DNA of 63,761 bases, filler included, from Licmophora abbreviata (GCA_900291995.1; 10 parts of 10 records of this genome joined end to end with filler, not necessarily neighbours in it); one strand, 5' to 3'; shown: positions 49,600 to 61,332, counted from the first letter of the whole stretch. The notes: generated from the sequence alone by a model not told the origin. Translations and numbers: made by a program.

Positions 49600-49997
49600 T
49601 GCGTGAGTTGTAGATACATACAGGAAAACCTATTGATTCAACAAGAGCGAGACGAGAGTGACGATGTAAGCCTGTCCCTACAGATAGCGGCATTTTTCAA
49701 CATGGTTGATCGGAAGAATGAATGAGACGGTGCGCGCAAAACAAGATCAAAACGATCGAACGAGCAAAGCCAGTACAGTGAACTTCACTGTACTATACTA
49801 CTTCCTACGTGAACTCTACCTGGTACGCAAGGATACTATGAAGTACGGAGTACGAGTACTCCCCAACCACACCCATGCGCGCGCTTTTTCGATAATCTTC
49901 TTCGCCTCCTAGCACAGAAGTAACACACATCATAGCTTTTCCGTTGCGCCTTGTTGCAACTCAACCGCTACCCATGCGTTTGACACATGTGTGAACC

Positions 49998-52266
49998 ATG
50001 CCACAGACGAAAGCACTCAACAATCTCAATTCGGTGGAGTTCGCAGAGCCCCGAAGAGAGGATGAGCGTCCTGATCGGCGGAGTACCGATTACTTTCGTT
50101 TCGATTCGACTGGACATGACGCTGTACTCTCAAAATCACGCCGTGATATTCTAAGACGTTCCGCTCATCACATGCGTCGCTTCTCGGCCGTAGTTTCCAC
50201 GGAAGAGCAGTTTCAGGATGAAGACGATGCATTCTATGGTCCCTATGCACACATTCGAAAGAAGCTAGATTACAGCTATCATGTACATTTCAAGAAGGAT
50301 CGACAATGGTTCCAAGACTCGATTGTTCTAAATCTGCTCGACAACATCCAGGAAACAGACGCTTGCATAACGCCGAATGAACCATGGTTAATCTACACTG
50401 CTGGCGTTCAAGGGACTGGGAAGACGTATACTATTCAGAAACTCATCGAGCAAGGAAGGCTGCCTCTGCTCTCCTATGTGCAAGTGGACCCCCAAGAGAT
50501 TGCGTCGCGCTTGCCAGAATTTCACGCATACAATAAGAAATGCCCCGAAAATGCCGACAATTTGACCAAGAAGGAAGCGGGATGTATTGCCGAAATTGCT
50601 GTTCTAGCAGCACTACAGGCTGGACGAAATGTAATACTTGATGGCGCGCTAAGCGATTGCGTTTGGTGGAACAAATTCTTTGATAGAGTTCGAGACGAGT
50701 ATACCGCGGTCAAGGTAGCCCTCTTGTATATAACGGCACCACGTGACGACATCATTTGCAGAGTACGGGTACGTTTCCAAAATTTATCTTGACTGGATTG
50801 TCAAACTGTGTGTCTCGTGTCTGCTCTTCACAAGTCTGAACACTCTCTCACATATTCAATATCGCAGAAACGCTCCTTGGAGACAGAACGAATTATACCA
50901 GAAACTATGATTGACAACGTCTTGGCCAAGATGCCTTCCTCGATCGACCATGTCGCTCCAAACGTAGATTACTTTTGTAAGATTTTGAACTCCGACAAAC
51001 TGCAGCTGGTGTCGCCGGAAACCGAAGATTTTCAAACGTTCCAACTGAACTTCCTACAGACATGTGCATGGAAGCCAGGACAGAAAGACAATGAGACAGA
51101 AGGGATGACAACAGAACAAGACAAGCGACGGGCCTCACTGCGAGCAATCAAGCCTATGAAGCCATTGCGGCTGCGTCGACTGTTTTCTGTCATCAAATCG
51201 ACAGAAGAGAATCACAGGTCCAACAAGGCTGAATTCTTTGGCGCCTACTCTCACATTCGATCCACATTGGATTACGAATATCACGCACATTATACCCGCG
51301 AGCGACAGGCGTTCCAAAACGCAATTATTTCTGACTTATTAGATGTCGCTGTACTCAGCGACAAGGATGGAAACTTGTGCTCTACTCCGACAGAGCCGTG
51401 GCTCGTGTTTACCGCTGGTGCGATGTAAGTTTGTGTCGACGTTCTACACCGATGTTGGCACGGACTCCACTCTCACTGGCGCTCTGTCTATCTACTGGTG
51501 ATAGGGGAGCTGGAAAGTCGTACACAATGCACAAGCTAGTCGAGGCAGGACGCTTCCCTTTGCTGGCCTTCGTAGCGGTGGACCCGGACATCATTCGTCG
51601 CATGCTCCCCGAGTTTCACTTGTACGTCGACGAGTCTCCGGAGCTGGCTGGAGAACTCACTCGCAAAGAAGCAGGATTCATTGCTGAGATATTAACTCTT
51701 GCGGGTCTTCAAGCAGGCAAAAACGTCCTAGTAGATGGTTCGTTGCGTGATTCGGATTGGTACAAGATCTACTTTGAGCGATTGCGAGTGGAATTCAAGA
51801 ACCTTCGCTTAGCAATCCTGCATGTGACAGCACCCCGGGAAACGGTCTTCCAGCGTGCTGCGGTAAGTGCCACCAAAGAGTGTAGGAACGATGCGCGCAG
51901 CCTGTTCGATCGACTTACTTCTGGACGTTTACTGACTGCCGTGATGTCTTGCTCGACCATATTTAGCAACGAGCTTTGACAACTGGCCGTGTCGTTCCAA
52001 AGGAGACGCTCATTTTGGCGTTGGAGCAGGTGCCGCGATCGATCAAGGTTCTAGCACCTCGCGTCGATTTCTTTTGTGAGTTGAAGAACGATTCAGGTTC
52101 CCCCGACATTGAGCTAGCATCGGACGAACAGACATGGGAGTCCTTTGAGGCGAACTGGATACAGACTTGCGCGTGGATCCCACCACAGAAACAGTTTCTG
52201 GAACATAGCAAGCACTCCAACGAGAAGTTGGCGCAGTACTTGTCCGGATCGGTCAAGACTAGCTAG
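49998..52266 (+). CDS. Tandem two-domain zeta-toxin-like P-loop kinase, 4 exons
   Basis: Domain 1: GVQGTGKT, VDPQEI..RLPEF, GRNVILDG. Domain 2: GAM|GAGKS, VDPDIIRRMLPEF, GKNVLVDGSLRD, TGRVVP. Introns 50769-50867, 51425-51504 and 51863-51966 keep one frame. Confidence 0.85.
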
Positions 52267-52849
52267 TAGCTTGAATCCCGATTGAATTTGCTCTACTGTA
52301 CGAGGACAATAGTTTCGTTGTAAGAGTAGGTACTATAGATTAATGTCTCTCCCAGTCAGCCCCACACATCGAGTTTTGGGTAGAAGTGGGGGTCTTTGAA
52401 GTTCGGCTTGGTGTCCTTAGTCCGATATCCAATTGCGCCGCAAGTCTCGAGAGCTTTTGCTACACGAGATTGGAGACAACATTCTCTAACAACAAGCGGA
52501 GCGGAGCTTTCTAGTAGCCGCATTGCAACAGGGAGATCAAAGGACACAGGGGCTCTACACGTGGAACAAGAGACACAACTCAACACGCGACGACACACGC
52601 ATCGACGCAATGCGTCGCAGCGGCTAACCGGGTACTTTGTGCTCCACCATGACGGCCGAAGTCCTTTGATTGACGATGTTTCCTGCCCTCGTACGCCCGC
52701 GACCACAATAGAAAACAAGCTAGCAAGCGAGAGAGAGAGAAGGCTACTGAACAAAGATATGGAACGAGAATCGGCCAACAGAAGAATCTGTGCTTCAATA
52801 TTCAATATCCGATACCATACATTCAGCGCCATAGCCCACCAGCGACCGA

Positions 52850-54008
52850 ATGACCGCTATGCCTAACCCATTGGGACTACACTCATTCCTCATTATGGCG
52901 TTTGGGGCATTGCTGGTGATGACTCTCCTTCATGTAAGCATGACGTCTGGTCTTGCTACAACTGAAAGTGACTGGGGCGATTTTCTGTTTGCAAGAGCGT
53001 CGTTAACCTCTTCGGCACCGGCATCGAATCGACTCCCACTTTGGGGACATAGACCGTCAGGGTCAAGCACAGGGTTGGCTTCTGACAGGGCCTATCACCA
53101 CTCGAAACTCGACTTTGTTGGAAAATACGCAAAATTGAGAGGGTCTCTCGATTACGCCTACCACGACTACTACAATATATCACGGCAGGCATTGCAGGAC
53201 TCGATTATTGACTCAATTCTGAATGAAACGCAAATCATAGACAGGGATGGTAGCGTATGTTCCAGTGCGGAACGACTCTGGATCGTCTACACGGCTGGGG
53301 CCATGGGGGCCGGAAAGTCACATACTATTCGGCAGCTTGCGGCCAAGAGTCGATTCCCACTTCACTCTTTTGTGCGCATCGACTACGACGCGGTACGGCA
53401 GCGCTTGCCAGAATTCCAAGTTTACATGCAACACAGCCCAGAACAAGCGGGAGAGTGGACGCGAAAAGAAGCTGGATATATCGCGGAACTGGCGACACAG
53501 GCAGCGTTGTATGACAGACAAAATGTGCTCGTGGACGGATCCCTGCGAGATGCCGAGTGGTTTCAGGGATATTTTTCCTACTTGCGACGCAACCATCCCC
53601 GATTGCGGATTGGCATATTGCACGTGACAGCTCCTCAAGAAGCAGTCTTTCAACGAGCCAAGGTATAGTTCGTGTTTCTCTCGATGCGCCGACACCTGTA
53701 TTTCGATCTACTAAACTCACGCGCGTCGTTGTCTCCTGCGGCTACTGTCACAGGATCGCTCCAGAGTTACAGGCCGCATCGTCCCCAGAGAGACGTTACT
53801 AATCTCACTGCAGCAAGTCCCCAAGTCGGTGCAGGTATTGGCACCGCTCAGTGACTTCTTTTGCGAGCTACATAATCCGCCCGACGCCGAGGAGGTTGAA
53901 ATCATGACTGAAGGGCTAACATGGGATACATTCAAGCGCACCTGGCTCCAAACATGCGCCCCGACGGAAAGTGTGCCCTCGAACGAAAATCGTATAGACG
54001 ACGCATGA
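52850..54008 (+). CDS. Single-domain zeta-toxin-like P-loop kinase with N-terminal signal/anchor, 2 exons
   Basis: Hydrophobic N-terminus, GAMGAGKS, IDYDAVRQRLPEF, QNVLVDGSLRD, TGRIVP. Intron 53663-53753. Confidence 0.85.
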
Positions 54009-54090
54009 AAGTCACGTCGACGAATTGTCAATTTCGCACAAGGTATAAATTGAATAGAATTAGACGCCATTGCACTACTACACGTTTGAC

Positions 54091-54891
54091 TCAGGTGATC
54101 GTGGGACGATACGTCTTGGCCTCGACGGGCCCACTAGAGGCAAATCCGCTTTTGCCCTTTTGAAGCTTCAGTATGTGTTTCGACTTGAGCTTGTCTCCTG
54201 TTATCGGGTGCAGCATGCTGGGCTTGACCAGTTCATTGTACACCGATTCCAGTACAACATGCTGCTTCAGTGCCACCACAGGTTGTGTGGTAATGTTCTT
54301 TTCTGACAGGGTGCATATTGGTTTTCCATCCGACGACCGATTGATAATGAGCGGTTTCAAATCTTTCAATCGCAGTGACTGTCCCGAATATGGGGAGGGA
54401 GGGCGTTCGGGCGGTGGCTCAGGAACGTCACCATCGTGTTCGGGCTGAAATTCAGCTAACCAGTAACTTACAGACAGAGCATTAGTCGATTTCCCTCCAA
54501 CTTGTTCGCGAGTACGGTTCGTGGACGATGTTGCCTTTTGGGAGTCCTCAAAGGCTTCCAGCTTTCGCTGGTGCTCTTGGTCGGCTTTCTCGCGCTGCTT
54601 CGCATGTGTTTTGGCCAAATACGCTTCATAGTTTGCCCGCGCTTTCTTCACTTCCGTCGTCTTCTGCAAGAGATATTCTACAATGGCTTCCCGACTGTAG
54701 ATATGCCCACTGGGTGTCGCGACAGGATCTACCGCTGGCATCAAGCTAAGCGCACAGTCGCCAAAGGCGAGCTGGGAGTCCGTCGACAGTCGCGCGGTCG
54801 TGGTGCCGTATTGGGATGATCGAAACTTCTTCGTTCGCTCATGATGTGTCAATGGATGGTGACCGCCCGGTTGCTTGCTTTTGCGGGCCAT
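54091..54891 (-). CDS. NOSIP: NOSIP-like U-box/RING protein
   Basis: MARKSK, YGT...RL..DSQLAFGDCALSL, PVATPSGHIYSREAIVEYLL, LRLKDL, LQKGKSGFA. Confidence 0.9.
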   Translation of the reverse strand: MARKSKQPGGHHPLTHHERTKKFRSSQYGTTTARLSTDSQLAFGDCALSLMPAVDPVATPSGHIYSREAIVEYLLQKTTEVKKARANYEAYLAKTHAKQREKADQEHQRKLEAFEDSQKATSSTNRTREQVGGKSTNALSVSYWLAEFQPEHDGDVPEPPPERPPSPYSGQSLRLKDLKPLIINRSSDGKPICTLSEKNITTQPVVALKQHVVLESVYNELVKPSMLHPITGDKLKSKHILKLQKGKSGFASSGPVEAKTYRPTIT

Positions 54892-55161
54892 GGGAAAATT
54901 CAATATGTAGTCGATTGGAACATGCACAGCGAGTCGAAACTGAGACTACTTTTATGTTGTGGATATCGCGTCGTCGCCATGTCGCAATCTGCAATCTCAT
55001 GGATGAACGATTGGTGTTGTGTGTGGTGATGGACTGACGATATCTACGAACCGCGACTGGAATCAGGAACTCGGAACGCAGACATTGTTTTGGCGCGCCC
55101 AATCTTCGCTGTCTCTTGCTGGCCAACAGTCTCATTCTCAATTTGTCGACGACACGTGACC

Positions 55162-57146
55162 ATGACGAGCGACAGCGACAGCGACAGTCGCAATGGTGGA
55201 GAGAAGTCTCGAAGACGCGGAAAAGAAGGGGAAAAGTCATCCCGAAAGCATCGGCGTGAGGACGAGAAATCAAGAGCGACAGTGAGCGTGAAACAAGCAA
55301 AGCACGCAAAGCTTCTGATTCGGCTTCGTCTGACGAAGATCGCCGCCGCTCTAAACGCAAGCATCGAAAGTCTCGACGAGAAGAGAGTCAGTCGTCTTCA
55401 TCAGAGGAGGAAGATAAACGACGAAAGAAACGGAAAAAGAAATCTCGTCGGAAGCATAAGAAGCGACGTCACAAGCGATACGCCTCGACTTCCTCCTCCG
55501 ACGACGACAGCAACGACTCAGACGCGGGGCACGATCACAAGAAAGTCGTGAATAAGAAACTGCTGGAGAAACTCTCGGCACGTGGCGAAACGCTAGAAGA
55601 GCGTGAAGCTCGTCGTGCGCAGCGCCGGGAAGCTCGAATCGCTGCCAAGTTTGGCTATACAGCCGATGACAATCCTTTCAACGACCCTAACCTCCACGAT
55701 ACCTTTACATGGAAGAAGAAGGAAGAATCTTCGAAAGAATCATCTCGACTGGTCAAACAGGATCATATCTTTGATGAAATTGAAAAAGTGCGAAACCGAC
55801 GCAAGAACCGTGAGTTGCAGTTCGAAGAGATGGAGCGGATTCGTGCCGAAGAGAGCCGTATGAAGGAGTTGGAGAATTACGATGAGTGGGCGCGGAAGGA
55901 AGAGGAGTTTCATTTGCAGCAACAACGACAGCGCTCGGCGATTCGTCTTGTGGAAGGACGCGAACGACCTGTTGACGTTCTTGCCAAGAACTTGCTCCTC
56001 TTTGGGTTGTCGGAAGAGGAAAAGAAGAATCGTGCAAAAGTCAAGTATCAAGAGCGATACAACGCGCTCGACGAACTAGAAACCTTGGAAGCAGAGCTTG
56101 ACGAACCCCATGTCTTTGTCAAAGTGCTAAAACTGGACGAGTTGGAGGAGCTATTGGTGGATATTGACGCGTTTCGGACGCTCGAACGAGAAGCGTCGGT
56201 CAAGCTTTCCCGGGAAGGAGGAGAGATGACCGACTCCAGTGACAACTCCATTTTGAAGTATTGGGACGCTTTGTACGTTGTGACCTGTGACGAGATTAAG
56301 TATATCAAAACGGGAGGTGCGAAAGGAACACACGCACAGCTTGTCGAAGACATCCTGAAGCTATTCGACAATCAGTCGCATTCAGATTTGACCAAGATGA
56401 ATGCCAAGATCGAGAGCAAGTTACGTCATGGTTCCTCTGGAGGCCCGGTTTACGACCCCAGCGGGGGCGTGATGGATAGTGACTATTGGAGCACTGTCCT
56501 GCAGCAACTGCATGTACACATTGCAAAAATTGAGCTTTCTGATATGCATTCCAAGATGCTGGTTCGACAGCTCGAACGCCTGGAGAAGCACAAGGAGGAC
56601 CTTCTGGCTGTCGAGGCTGCCAGAACCGAACAGGTCGGCGCTGTCCATGATGCAGAAGAATCGAAGATCGCTTCTGCAGTCGCGCCGAAGAATGTGTCAC
56701 CCGACTTCGGCGATCTCGAAGAGGAGCTTGGGCTTGGCAACGAAGTTGACCAAGCAGGCAAGAATTATGCATGGGAAGAAAAGTATCGCCCTCGCAAGCC
56801 TCGGTACTTTAACCGAGTAAAGACCGGGTACGACTGGAACAAGTACAACCAGACACACTATGACCACGATAATCCCCCGCCAAAGATTGTGCAGGGCTAC
56901 AAGTTCAACATATTCTATCCCGATCTAATCAACAAGCAGAAGACCCCACAGTATTTCCTGGAGCCCGCCGATTCTGACGAATTTTGTATCATTCGATTTC
57001 GTGCTGGCCCACCGTACGAAGATATTGCCTTTAAGATTATCAACCGAGAGTGGAATCGGTCGCGGAAACGAGGCTTTCGGTCTACCTTTGAGCGCGGAGT
57101 GTTGTCGTTGTACTTCAACTTCAAAACTCACTGGTACCGCCGCTAA
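55162..57146 (+). CDS. CACTIN: Cactin (splicing factor); apparent 1-nt frameshift near 55267
   Basis: GYTADDNPFNDPNL..FTWKKK, EEFHLQQ..RSAIRL.EGR, KYRPRKPRYFNRVKTGYDWNKYNQTHYD, FRAGPPYEDIAFKI. Confidence 0.95.
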
Positions 57147-57884
57147 CGAGATATCGATATTTACTTTTGTCTCTCCAGCTACTTTTTACTATGTGATTCC
57201 CTTGTCTAGCTACACGAGATCCCAATGCGGTCTTGATAAATCAACACCTGATCGTACAGGACGTAGCATGTCACTAGTCATGGGGCTTATTGCAAAAGCA
57301 GCAGGCGCGAGGAATCTTCAAGCTCGCGTTGTCGATACGAGTGAGTTGGATAAGTGCGGCGGGACAATGACATGCTGCACTGTCATACTGGCACAAGAAG
57401 TATTGAACTACTTTCGATCGCTTTGATGCGATTCCATACGAAGATTGGTTTCCCTTAGAGATGGATGAAGGCAATTTACAGTACCCCATGCACAGATCGA
57501 ACATGCCCGAGCTATCTTTCGAGGGATTCTTCCAGGAGGGAGCCTTCCCGTCGACGAGAGCTTCCTGTGATGTCTGGATAGTACGCAGCTGCCACAGTTT
57601 CGGTCAGAGTGTTTGCATCCTCACGAACCCACGTCGCCGTCCTTGTCAACCTACGNNNNNNNNNNNNNNNNNNNNNNNNNNNNNNNNNNNNNNNNNNNNT
57701 TAATTAATTAANNNNNNNNNNNNNNNNNNNNNNNNNNNNNNNNNNNNNNNNNNNNTGGAGCAAAAGATAGACGCCATCGCACACGGGGTATGATAGTGAG
57801 CTTCCCGATAAGGACGTTCTTCACTTAGCAACTGCGACCTTTCTTTCTTCCGGCTCGTTTTACTTCCGGGTCTTTTTAAAAGTC

Positions 57885-58742
57885 ATGGAGACTAAAGTTG
57901 AAATGAAACGCGCTGAGATGATGATGCTGCATCACATGACGACGACCGACACGACCATGACAAAAAAAGCCGCCGATTTCCCGCTTATTGTTGTTGCCCC
58001 GACATTTTACCCAAACACTGAGGACATTCGCTACGGTCTTGGCCTGAAGATCTGTCGCGAGGCTGTTATACGAAAAGTTCGATTGATAGTGGTTGACGCC
58101 TCGCCACATGCTTTCGTCAGGTCGGAGTTTGTCGCGCAGGGGACATCAAGCTCAGGAGAGGCCTTCGTTCGAGTTTGTCGACAAACTTCTGAGGGGAGGA
58201 AAGGCGCTGCACTCCGTGAGGCAATATCATTAGCATACGAAGAGCTTGGTGGGAAAGAGGGCTTCATTGCCTTTCAGGAACCAGAGAAAGTTGGAATGGT
58301 GCAGTTCTGGACGTCGATCGTCGGCGAAATGAAAGAGAACGAGGCAGGCATTTGCGTCCCGAGAAGGGAAGATCGAATGTTTAAAGAGTCTTATCCTATT
58401 GAGCAGTATCATTCTGAGCATTTCGCGAACCTATACCTCGATTCTCTAGCCATACGCTGCGACTTTCCATCGATCGATTGGACCATGGGTCCAGTTGTCT
58501 TCCACAGTAGATATGTGCATCACTGGCTAGATTTTCGGGGAGACCTCTGGGATGCACAACTTATCCCTATGATAAAAGCTTTTAAAGCAGACGGCGCAAC
58601 AGTCATGTCAAAGGAAGTCGATTACCAACAGCCAATGGAAATGAAGGCAGAGGAGGAAGGCGCGCCGAAATGGAGTGAGAAACGGCTAATGCAACTGAAC
58701 TTTCTCTTTGAAAAAATAGGATCGGAGCTTAAGAGCGAATAG
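57885..58742 (+). CDS. GT-A-fold (glycosyltransferase family 2-like) protein, intronless
   Basis: IVVAPTFY, LIVVDAS, GRKGAALREAI, IAFQEPE (DxD position), ICVPRR follow GT-A strand/helix order. Confidence 0.55.
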   Translation: METKVEMKRAEMMMLHHMTTTDTTMTKKAADFPLIVVAPTFYPNTEDIRYGLGLKICREAVIRKVRLIVVDASPHAFVRSEFVAQGTSSSGEAFVRVCRQTSEGRKGAALREAISLAYEELGGKEGFIAFQEPEKVGMVQFWTSIVGEMKENEAGICVPRREDRMFKESYPIEQYHSEHFANLYLDSLAIRCDFPSIDWTMGPVVFHSRYVHHWLDFRGDLWDAQLIPMIKAFKADGATVMSKEVDYQQPMEMKAEEEGAPKWSEKRLMQLNFLFEKIGSELKSE

Positions 58743-59296
58743 TATGTTATTGCGAGTTGGTTTCGACTGCCAGGAAGAAACTGATAGACCAATGAATGTA
58801 TCTCGGAGAAGGCCGGTGATTGAAATCCTTCCACTCTCTCGTATTTTCGTGCACCGTTCTCCATGGGCAAGGAAGCCAGCTTGCAACTAAAATTGACGCA
58901 GTCCCACTTCGTCTCTGACCCCACAAAGCCCAGAAGATAGTTAGACTAAATCCTCCTCGAGACGTCGACACCACGTAGTAGAACGAATTACAGTAGTTAC
59001 CGATTCTCTGTGCTGTACGAATATAGAATCAGTATGATATATTACCTGTACTACCACGGCATAACGTGCGCGAGGAGAAAAAGCTTTTCATGCGTGCTCG
59101 CGCGTCTCGTATCTTGAATCTCGTCGCGTCTGGTCTCTTAGGTGTTGCTGCTCTTGTAGCTTCTTCCACCGATCGTCTCTGTCACAGTTGACAAACACCG
59201 ATACATACCCAGCAACACCACCAGAGAGGGCCGAGAAGCGCTGGACTGAATAAAACTCTGCGCTCTCCTATCAAATCATCGTCAATCGTCATAATC

Positions 59297-59647
59297 ATGG
59301 CGGACAATGACAGTGAGATTGTGGTTCCGTATGTTTTGGTGGACATGGAGAATGGAAAGAGCAAAGCTTTGTTTGGTGTCCCCGCGGAGTTAGCTCCAAT
59401 GATGATCGAGCATCCCGTCATGTGTCGTGGTGCGTGCTTCTATCTAGAGATCGATCGACAATTGTCAGTGCAACACGCCGACGAGCCTGGAGCACCATCA
59501 AGCGATCGACAGAACGATGCGGTATTTCTGTGCACTGTGTTTGAAAGTCCAGATCCAGATGGGACAGCGGATGCAATTTCAAAACGTCTAGCTGTACGGC
59601 TGGGGGATCCCATTCCGATGCGGGCTTCACAGCTAATCGGGATGTGA
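59297..59647 (+). CDS. Hypothetical small protein (116 aa)
   Basis: ATG-TGA ORF with globular-like composition filling an intergenic space. Confidence 0.5.
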   Translation: MADNDSEIVVPYVLVDMENGKSKALFGVPAELAPMMIEHPVMCRGACFYLEIDRQLSVQHADEPGAPSSDRQNDAVFLCTVFESPDPDGTADAISKRLAVRLGDPIPMRASQLIGM

Positions 59648-60009
59648 CATGTGAGAGTTGAGAGTATCAGTGGCTTGAGTCAGTTGCCAAAAGTAACCTA
59701 ATAATTTTAGCAGCTTTCATGCTACTACACTTTTTGATTTATAGATACTATGAGCGCACTCTGCTTCTTCGTAACCTCATCGATTTAACCGTCAAGTGTG
59801 TAGTATCGATTCTGATGTGCACGAGCGCCCCGCTTCAGATTGAGTTCAATGAGGGCCGACAAGCCGGGTAAAGTCGATTCATAGTGCCCAGATTAGAAGC
59901 ATCGATTCGGCTCTTGGGCAAAACTCCACCCCGAGCTTGTTGTGTTGGCGGCGTCATCCTGAGCACGCGGTGTACTAACGGAGGTCAGAATGAGCTTCGC
60001 TTCTCGCGA

Positions 60010-60228
60010 TCATCGGCCCTTGCCAGAAACTGCCTCGTTTTCAATAGCCAAGGCACGATGGCGCTCTGTGCAGTCTCGCCATTCATTGATAAACGCTTGG
60101 CAAAGATGCTCCTTGTGGTTTCGCTTGGCCAAGCACCATTGAATCGCGCATGCCTGCTTGGCACATTCCGACGGGGAATCGTCGTTTCCTCCACCCTTTC
60201 GTCCTTTTCCAGTGTACACAAACGTCAT
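60010..60228 (-). CDS. CMC4: Twin Cx9C-type mitochondrial protein (CMC4/p8-MTCP1-like)
   Basis: CAKQACAIQWCL...CQAFINEWRDC resembles CMC4 CQKQACEIQKCL...CQAVIQELRKC. Confidence 0.75.
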   Translation of the reverse strand: MTFVYTGKGRKGGGNDDSPSECAKQACAIQWCLAKRNHKEHLCQAFINEWRDCTERHRALAIENEAVSGKGR

Positions 60229-60528
60229 CCCTGTAGACGTACTGCACCTCGTATGATACTAACTAGAAAAGCGTTGAAATGCTTGCAGCTTCTCCGCACT
60301 TCGCCTCCTCTCGGACACTCGCCGTCCCATTTGCGTCGATCGGAAGCGCCACCACCATCTAGTCGAGTCGGAGCAGCGGGCAGACCTTCCCGCATTTCGT
60401 TGCTCGTGTGGCAGTGTCTTTTCCCGCCCGTTGTTATCGGGAAATGACCATATGATCTGTCTGTCTCATCATTCTAATCACGGCGCTGATGCGGACACAG
60501 CGCCGGCGATAAACCGAATGACTTGACC

Positions 60529-61232
60529 ATGGCGTCGTCGACCATTTCCTCGCCACCGCCTCCAGCGATGTCTGCTTCGGTTACTGCACCCTCTTTGAGT
60601 ACCCCAAATGTCAGTTATGAAACATTCGCGCCGCGCTCGTCTTCCCAAATCGCTCGGCTGTCGCAATTGGCGGCCTTGACGGCAGGGCCCACCGCACACA
60701 CCGACGCTGCCGCTACTCGCCGACGCAACGAGCCTGAGTTTTCCTTGGTTCAAGCCATGACACCTCCTCCGGCTCCTCCCCTTGGATCTTACAATGAATC
60801 AACGACGCCAGCGGGCGATCCAGTGCGAGAGACGCTTTCTAAGACACTGCAGACGTCGGATCATCTCACCATGACTCTAAAGCACACCACGTCGGTCAAA
60901 TTGGCATTGCGAGCTTCGATTAACATTGCCGAAGACATTTCCAATCGTCATGCCGAACTCTTGCGTCATTCTGGAGAGCTCTCGGCCGCAGCTGATCGTT
61001 TGCAGGCGGAAGAGGAGGTTTTGACGAAGCACGCGGAAGAGATTGGTATGCCTCTCAAACACTACGATGCTGTCGACCGCATTGGGGTCCTCGTGGGCGT
61101 TCTGTTCAAGAACCATGCTGTCGTGCGTGGACTCGCCAAAATCAAGGTTGACAACGACGATTTCCCAACCATTCTGGAAGAAATCGATAATGCGGTCGAC
61201 TTCTTTGGCCGCGAGAGTGGTGGAAAGGAGGC
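60529..61232 (+). CDS. COG3: COG3/Sec34 Golgi tethering subunit, 5' part (truncated by gap)
   Basis: ELSAAADRLQAEEEVLTKHAEEIGMPLKHYD...VDNDDFPTILEEIDNAVDF matches the Sec34 domain pattern. Confidence 0.7.
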
Positions 61233-61332
61233 NNNNNNNNNNNNNNNNNNNNNNNNNNNNNNNNNNNNNNNNNNNNTTAATTAATTAANNNNNNNNNNNN
61301 NNNNNNNNNNNNNNNNNNNNNNNNNNNNNNNN

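Noticed and set aside
52356..52866. ORFs between the two zeta genes as a possible antitoxin
   Set aside because: Non-ATG or low-complexity ORFs overlapping the expected promoter/5'UTR of the downstream gene; no protein-like signal.
49998..54008. Bacterial contamination or a recent plasmid epsilon-zeta toxin-antitoxin insertion
   Set aside because: Spliceosomal introns at shared positions, composition like the neighbours, and no antitoxin or mobility genes.
57150..57655. Possible coding remnant next to a gap
   Set aside because: Only short open frames and no recognisable motif.
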